Source: Caulobacteraceae bacterium
GTDB taxonomy: Bacteria > Pseudomonadota > Alphaproteobacteria > Caulobacterales > Caulobacteraceae
Length of the DNA: 64,000 bases
NCBI GenBank assembly: GCA_025352165.1
Contig: JANXTX010000110.1
Location: 20-64,019, forward strand
Direction of reading: 5' to 3'
Part shown: positions 59,055 to 64,000 of the stretch, piece after piece
How the letters are laid out: every line of letters starts with the position of its first letter
Position numbering within the stretch: the stretch's first letter is position 1
Made by a program: the position numbers and the translations under genes
The notes under the pieces: model-generated
Database searches by the model: none
The model's input: only the letters and a program-made list of their open reading frames with translations
What the model was told of the DNA's origin: nothing

Positions 59055-59105
59055 GCCTATGCGCCCAACCCGTTGGATCAGAGTCAACCCAGCATGGGAT
59101 CGTGA

Positions 59106-59927
59106 ATGACCAACGCGCCGCCAACGGCATCGGGCGACTTCAAGGGCGCACTGCCGCCGCGAACACCCTGGCTGGCCTGGTTTCCGCCGGTCGTCATCCA
59201 TACGACCGTCGGAGCGCGTGACGAACACGCCGCCTACATCGCCGCCAAGTCCGGCGACGCGGACGCCGCGCTTGTGCTGGTCCACGACCTGGGTTTGGAG
59301 TCGGCGGTAGACCAACTTCGTGAGTTCGCCGACCGAGGGGCGATCTCCCCCATCTTGCTGCCGGTCACGGCTTTGGAGGCGACGGGCTTCAATGCCATAC
59401 CAGACGCGTTTGCGCGTTTGATTGGCCGGCGACTCGACTGGCGAATTTCTTCCGGCGAGATCGTGCAGACCAACCGGGTCGGACACACGCGCGCCAGGAC
59501 ATTCAATCGATTTGTCACGCCGGCCGCCTTTACCGGGGCCGTCGAAAGCGGCGGGCGCTATCTCCTGGTTGATGATCATGTGGGGATTGGCGGAACGCTC
59601 GCGAACCTGAAGGGGCACATCGAAACCTCCGGTGGCGCCGTGATAGCCATGACGACCCTCACCGAGAGTCGCGACGGCCGCCAGATTGCGCTCGGCGTTG
59701 AGACGCGCGACATGCTATGGAACCAACATGGACGCGATCTCGAAAACCTCTGGCGCGAGCAGTTCGGACACGGAATCGACGGCCTCACCAACCTCGAAGG
59801 CGCCATCCTTTGCCGTGAACTTTCCCTTGACGCCATCCGAGATCGATTGGCTCAAGCGGCAATCGAAGCTCGTCGGCGAGGCCTCGATCCGGTTTTTCGA
59901 GCGGGAGAGAAGGGAGTAGTCGGATAG
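59106..59927 (+). CDS. ComF-family-like phosphoribosyltransferase-fold protein
   Basis: 273 aa with a PRTase PRPP loop YLLVDDHVGIGGTLANL and a ComF-like upstream pattern LLPVTALEATGFNAIPDAFARLIG ... R..TFNRF..PAAF. No N-terminal zinc-finger cysteines. The last 66 codons overlap small ORF copy B in another frame. Confidence 0.6.
   Translation: MTNAPPTASGDFKGALPPRTPWLAWFPPVVIHTTVGARDEHAAYIAAKSGDADAALVLVHDLGLESAVDQLREFADRGAISPILLPVTALEATGFNAIPDAFARLIGRRLDWRISSGEIVQTNRVGHTRARTFNRFVTPAAFTGAVESGGRYLLVDDHVGIGGTLANLKGHIETSGGAVIAMTTLTESRDGRQIALGVETRDMLWNQHGRDLENLWREQFGHGIDGLTNLEGAILCRELSLDAIRDRLAQAAIEARRRGLDPVFRAGEKGVVG
59728..59919 (+). CDS. small ribbon-helix-helix-like ORF (copy B), nested in the 3' end of the PRTase ORF
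   Basis: 63-aa ORF, colinear with copy A from the ATG onward: SFAVNFPLTPSEIDWLKRQSKLVGEASIRFFERERRE. About half of the codon differences versus copy A are synonymous in this frame. Confidence 0.35.
   Translation: MDAISKTSGASSSDTESTASPTSKAPSFAVNFPLTPSEIDWLKRQSKLVGEASIRFFERERRE
59790..59910 (+). repeat. diverged direct repeat, copy B (pairs with 56471-56591)
   Basis: Same alignment as copy A. The offset between the copies is 3319 bp. Confidence 0.7.
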
Positions 59928-59962
59928 CTTGCGCTTCCTCAAAGCGTGGCGCCGACATAGTC

Positions 59963-60331
59963 TTAGCCTCCGGTAAAACCTTTCGTCCGAGCAATCCCAA
60001 GGTCGACGCGCAATGCGCGTTTGAGTTCTTCGTGAGCCGTGCCTCGACCGCTCAGATCATCGTTTGTTTCTACAATCCGAGAAATCGCCAGACGAACTGC
60101 TTCCGGCGCAACCAAGTCGCATCGCATCTGCCAGTAGGCAAATTCCTTAGCCGCTGCGTCTGTTCCCTCCACAGCGGCGCGCTGATAGGCCTCAAGCAGC
60201 CTGATGTATGCGGCCTTTCGCTCATCAAAACTCCTGCCGGATTTCTGGGCAAGCTGGGTGACCACTGCCTGAAGCAACACAGTAATCACGGATCCCAGTC
60301 CGAACGCAGTCAATAAAGGCAGTACGTTCAC
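59963..60331 (-). CDS. small membrane-anchored hypothetical protein
   Basis: 122 aa with a GTG start 10 nt after the lepA stop, preceded by GGGAAG. One N-terminal TM helix (LPLLTAFGLGSVITVLLQAVV) followed by a helical soluble part. No family recognised. Confidence 0.45.
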   Translation of the reverse strand: MNVLPLLTAFGLGSVITVLLQAVVTQLAQKSGRSFDERKAAYIRLLEAYQRAAVEGTDAAAKEFAYWQMRCDLVAPEAVRLAISRIVETNDDLSGRGTAHEELKRALRVDLGIARTKGFTGG

Positions 60332-60341
60332 GAAATCTTCC

Positions 60342-62147
60342 CTAATCCGCGTCCATCTTCAGCGCCGCGATGAAGGCTTCCTGCGGGATTTCGACCTTGC
60401 CGAACTGGCGCATTTTCTTTTTGCCCTCTTTCTGCTTGTCGAGGAGCTTGCGTTTGCGGCTGGCGTCGCCGCCGTAGCATTTGGCGGTGACGTCCTTGCG
60501 CAGGGCGCGGACGGTCTCGCGGGCGATGATTTTGCCGCCGATGGCCGCCTGGATCGGGATGACGAAGAGGTGGGGCGGAATCAACTCCTTCATCTTCTCG
60601 ACCATTCCCCGGCCGCGCATGTCGGCGCGGCCGCGATGGACCAGCATCGAGAGGGCGTCCACCGGCTCGGCATTCACCAGGATCGACATCTTCACCAGGT
60701 TGCCGACCCGGTAGTCCTCCAGCGTGTAGTCGAAGGAGGCGTAGCCCTTGGAGATCGACTTCAGGCGATCGTAGAAGTCGAAGACCACTTCGTTGAGCGG
60801 CAGGTCGTAGACGACCATGGCGCGGGCGCCCACGTAGGATAGTTCCTTCTGCTCGCCGCGCCGATCCTGACACAGCTTGATCACCGCGCCGAGGTATTCG
60901 TCCGGGGTGAAGATGGTTGCCTTGATCCATGGCTCGGCGATGCTGGCGATACGCACGACGTCAGGCATGTCGGCCGGGTTGTGCAACTCCATGACATCGC
61001 CGTTGGTCAGGGTGATCTTGTAGATCACGCTGGGCGCGGTCGCTATCAGGTCGAGATTGAACTCGCGCGTCAGCCGTTCCTGGATGATTTCCAGGTGCAG
61101 CAGCCCAAGGAAGCCGCAGCGGAAGCCGAAGCCGAGCGCGGCGCTGGTTTCCATCTCATAGGTGAAGCTGGCGTCGTTGAGGCGCAGGCGGCCGACAGCG
61201 GCGCGCAGGTCCTCGAAGTCGGCGGCGTCGACCGGGAACAGGCCGCAGAACACCACCGGCTGCACCGGCTTGAACCCGGCAAGCGGCGTCGTGGTCAGGC
61301 GTTTCTCATCGGTGATGGTTTCGCCGACGGCGGCGTCGGCGACGTCCTTGATCTGGGCGGTGATGAAGCCGATCTCGCCGGGACCCAACGAGGCGACATC
61401 GGTGGCCTTGGGCTGGAAGACACCGATCTTGTCGACCTTGTAGGTGGCGCCGGTCTGCATCATGCGCACCTGCTGGCCGGCGCGTAACCGACCATCGAAC
61501 ACGCGCACCAGAACCACGACGCCCAGGTAGGCGTCGTACCAGGCGTCGACCAGCAGGGCCTTCAGCGGCGCGTCCTCGTCACCGGTGGGCGCGGGCAGGC
61601 GGTTGACGATGGCCTCGAGCACATCGTGGATGCCAAGGCCCGTCTTGGCCGAACAGAGCACGGCGTCGGAGGCGTCGATGCCGATGACGTCCTCGATCTG
61701 CTGGCGGATCCGTTCCGGCTCGGCCGCCGGCAGGTCGACCTTGTTCAGCACCGGGACGATATCGTGATTGTTGTCGATCGCCTGATAGACGTTGGCCAGG
61801 GTCTGCGCCTCCACCCCCTGGCTGGCGTCGACCACCAGGATCGATCCCTCGCACGCGGCCAGGGAGCGGCTGACCTCATAGGCGAAGTCGACGTGGCCCG
61901 GAGTGTCCATCAGGTTGAGGATGTAGGTCTCACCGTTGTCCGCGCGGTAGTTCAGGCGAACGGTTTGCGCCTTGATGGTGATGCCGCGTTCGCGCTCGAT
62001 CTCCATGGAGTCGAGGACCTGCTCCTTCATCTCGCGCGCGGTCAGGCCGCCGGTTTCCTGGATCAGGCGGTCGGAGAGCGTCGATTTGCCGTGGTCGATG
62101 TGGGCCACGATGGAAAAATTGCGGATATGAGAAAGCGCTGTCGTCAT
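60342..62147 (-). CDS. lepA: translation elongation factor 4 (LepA)
   Basis: 601 aa from the ATG at 62147 with G motifs [18 protein letters not shown] and NKVD, and a LepA C-terminal domain. Confidence 0.95.
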   Translation of the reverse strand: MTTALSHIRNFSIVAHIDHGKSTLSDRLIQETGGLTAREMKEQVLDSMEIERERGITIKAQTVRLNYRADNGETYILNLMDTPGHVDFAYEVSRSLAACEGSILVVDASQGVEAQTLANVYQAIDNNHDIVPVLNKVDLPAAEPERIRQQIEDVIGIDASDAVLCSAKTGLGIHDVLEAIVNRLPAPTGDEDAPLKALLVDAWYDAYLGVVVLVRVFDGRLRAGQQVRMMQTGATYKVDKIGVFQPKATDVASLGPGEIGFITAQIKDVADAAVGETITDEKRLTTTPLAGFKPVQPVVFCGLFPVDAADFEDLRAAVGRLRLNDASFTYEMETSAALGFGFRCGFLGLLHLEIIQERLTREFNLDLIATAPSVIYKITLTNGDVMELHNPADMPDVVRIASIAEPWIKATIFTPDEYLGAVIKLCQDRRGEQKELSYVGARAMVVYDLPLNEVVFDFYDRLKSISKGYASFDYTLEDYRVGNLVKMSILVNAEPVDALSMLVHRGRADMRGRGMVEKMKELIPPHLFVIPIQAAIGGKIIARETVRALRKDVTAKCYGGDASRKRKLLDKQKEGKKKMRQFGKVEIPQEAFIAALKMDAD

Positions 62148-62273
62148 GTCGCGAGCCTCTAGCACGGTTCGCCCGTGACCCGGCAATTCAGAGGGCGTTA
62201 ACCGGTTTCGACGTAGTGATGACTGAATCGAGTTCCAAACCGTGGCGGGGGCGCCAGCCTTAGGAAACCCAGC

Positions 62274-62903
62274 ATGGACCGCCGTTCATTGATCATTTCG
62301 GGGATCGCCGCCTTTGCCGCCACACCGGCGCTTGCGCGGCAGTCCCAACAGCCCGCGCAGCAGCCTCAGCAAGCCCCGCAACCGGCGCAGCCGATGGGCG
62401 GCCCCTATTCGACGCCCGCCCAGACCTACACCGATGATGAACTGGTCAACCGTGTCTCTGATTTTCTCGGCGTCACGGCCGAATCGGCCGGCGCGGCGAT
62501 CGAGCGAGCGTTCAAGGATAACGGGCGGCCGACGGGCTACATTGCGGGCGAGGAGGGCTCAGGCGCCTTCGCGTTCGGGCTCCGCTATGGGCGGGGCATG
62601 CTCTACATGAAGGACCGCAAGGCGCAGGAGATCTACTGGCAGGGTCCGTCGTTCGGATTTGACGCGGGCGGGAACGCCAGCCGCGTCTTCGTGCTCTGCT
62701 ATAACCTGCAATATCCCGACGCCATCTATCACCGGTTCCCCGGCGTTGAAGGCTCGGCCTATTTCATTGGCGGACTGGGGATCAACTATCAGCGGGCGGA
62801 TGACATCACTCTGGCGCCGATCCGGGCCGGCCTCGGCCTTCGCCTGGGCGCCAACCTCGGTTACCTTTCCTACAGCCGCAAACGGCACTGGATTCCGTTC
62901 TGA
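62274..62903 (+). CDS. DUF1134 (EipA-like) periplasmic protein
   Basis: 209 aa with a signal peptide, a Gln/Pro-rich linker and the conserved [21 protein letters not shown]...[10 protein letters not shown] pattern I associate with DUF1134. Confidence 0.68.
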   Translation: MDRRSLIISGIAAFAATPALARQSQQPAQQPQQAPQPAQPMGGPYSTPAQTYTDDELVNRVSDFLGVTAESAGAAIERAFKDNGRPTGYIAGEEGSGAFAFGLRYGRGMLYMKDRKAQEIYWQGPSFGFDAGGNASRVFVLCYNLQYPDAIYHRFPGVEGSAYFIGGLGINYQRADDITLAPIRAGLGLRLGANLGYLSYSRKRHWIPF

Positions 62904-62971
62904 GGGGTTATACCAGCCCGCGTTGAGGCTTCCTCGCCGGCTTCCAGCTTGCTCTAACCATCGTGGAACCA

Positions 62972-63117
62972 AACCACGGAGACACGGGGGACACAGAGGA
63001 CCACGGAGAAGAAAGAAATCGAAAGCGCTTCGCGCGTAGCGCAAGAAATCCTGGGGCAACCCTCAATCGGAATTGCTCTTCTCCGTGTCCTTCTCTTCCT
63101 CCTCTTGCTCCGTGGTT
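62972..63117. repeat. palindromic intergenic element (copy 2) built from CCACGGAG-type 9-mers
   Basis: Outer inverted repeat AACCACGGAG (62972-62981) / CTCCGTGGTT (63108-63117). Inner imperfect arms at 62998-63015 and 63076-63090. Central near-palindrome GCGCTTCGCGCGTAGCGC (63025-63042) differs by one base from the core of the 45.5-kb element. Confidence 0.55.
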
Positions 63118-63218
63118 GAATCCCGGCCCTGTCGGGCGCCGCCGACCAGGCCGGAAGGGCGAACCAACTCTGCTCACGGCTTCAAAGAGTCACATTCAAT
63201 GAGGATTGGTAATACACT

Positions 63219-63620
63219 TCAGTTCACGCGCCGCACTGCTTCCGGCAGGTGGAGTGAGAAGGCCGGAATGACGGCGTCGAATGTCTCACCGCCTTCTTCC
63301 TCGATGCGGTAGGTTCCGCGCATGACCCCTGACGAGGTTTTCAGCGGGCAGCCGGACGTATAGCGGAAGGACTCTCCCGGGCGCAGCACCGGCTGTTCGC
63401 CAATCACGCCCGGGCCAACTACTTCTTCGACGCGATTGGCTGCATCGGTGATGATCCAATGGCGGGAGAGCAACTGAAAGGTGCGGGTCCCGCAGTTGAC
63501 GATATCGACCGTGTAGGACCAGGCGTACTGGCTGGCATCCGGGTTGGATTGCTGAGGCAGATAGGTGGGATCGACACGCACCAGCACGCCACGGGTCTCG
63601 GCCTCGTAGACGCCGCTCAT
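63219..63620 (-). CDS. apaG: ApaG (DUF525) protein
   Basis: 133 aa from the ATG at 63620, which overlaps the upstream stop (ATGA). ApaG-like sequence (YAWSYTVDIVNCG...LLSRHWIITDA...GPGVIGEQPVL). Confidence 0.85.
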   Translation of the reverse strand: MSGVYEAETRGVLVRVDPTYLPQQSNPDASQYAWSYTVDIVNCGTRTFQLLSRHWIITDAANRVEEVVGPGVIGEQPVLRPGESFRYTSGCPLKTSSGVMRGTYRIEEEGGETFDAVIPAFSLHLPEAVRRVN

Positions 63621-64000
63621 GCATTGCCATCCAGCGCGCGCTGGACATCCCGCGCCAGATCCTCCGGGCCCTCGAGGCCGACCGAAACCCGCACCCAACC
63701 GGGTGTCAGGCCAATCTCCAGGCGCTGCTCCTCGGTCATCGCGCGATGGGTCGTGGTGCAGGGGTGGGTGGCCATCGACTTGGCGTCGCCGAGATTGTTG
63801 GCGATATCCAGCAGGCGTAATCCGTTGAGGAACCGGAATGCGGCTTCCTGTGTGCCGAGGTCGAAGGCTATCAGACTGCCGCCGCCGCTCATCTGCCGTT
63901 GGGCAATCTCGAACTGCGGGTGGTCCGAGCGGGTCGGATAGCGGCAGGATTTGACGCGGGGATGCGCGGCCAGCAGATCGGCGAGCATGGCCGCCGTCTC
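63617..64000 (-). CDS. metZ: Cys/Met-metabolism PLP-dependent enzyme, O-succinyl/acetyl-homoserine sulfhydrylase-like (3' part; gene continues beyond the window)
   Basis: C-terminal region ...NLGDAKSMATHPCTTTHR...GLTPGWVRVSVGLEGPEDL is typical of the family. The ORF is open to the window edge. Confidence 0.7.
   Translation of the reverse strand, partial: ETAAMLADLLAAHPRVKSCRYPTRSDHPQFEIAQRQMSGGGSLIAFDLGTQEAAFRFLNGLRLLDIANNLGDAKSMATHPCTTTHRAMTEEQRLEIGLTPGWVRVSVGLEGPEDLARDVQRALDGNA

Overview
High-GC alphaproteobacterial-type chromosome segment covering the replication-origin neighbourhood. Three parts. (1) 1-28.5 kb is conserved core. dnaQ-coaE-aroE-maf-PDRP (minus strand) reads away from a 501-bp DnaA-box-rich, AT-rich spacer that I call as candidate oriC. 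After it come hemE-hemH-hemJ, rho, mnmE-mnmG-rsmG-parA-parB, holA-lptE-leuS (minus strand) and rimP-nusA-ylxR-infB. Two parS sites flank parAB: one perfect 16-mer between mnmE and mnmG, and one 15/16 match inside leuS. (2) 28.5-55.5 kb holds ordinary metabolic and transport genes: GST, aldo/keto reductase, Rieske oxygenase, rsgA, permeases, esterases, a TonB-dependent receptor, MFS transporters, carbonic anhydrase, kup, a CoA-transferase and SDRs. The only oddity is a MITE-like palindromic element at 45.46-45.71 kb, which shares an 18-bp core palindrome with a second element at 62.97-63.12 kb. (3) 55.5-60.3 kb is the most interesting part: a visibly lower-GC accessory island between an SDR gene and lepA. 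It contains decayed vapBC-like remnants and an array of TGGCC motifs phased at 11 bp. It also holds a tightly coupled vsr / C5-cytosine methyltransferase / Eco29kI-like GIY-YIG restriction endonuclease operon, and a divergently transcribed ComF-like phosphoribosyltransferase-fold gene. Two diverged copies of a small ribbon-helix-helix-like ORF bracket the R-M cassette as roughly 120-200 bp direct repeats. A small membrane-anchored ORF sits directly behind lepA. No rRNA, tRNA, CRISPR array, integrase or transposase was recognised. Many long ORFs in the track are antisense or alternate-frame shadows typical of high-GC DNA and were rejected. All calls come from reading the sequence and translations and from remembered family motifs; no database search was possible.
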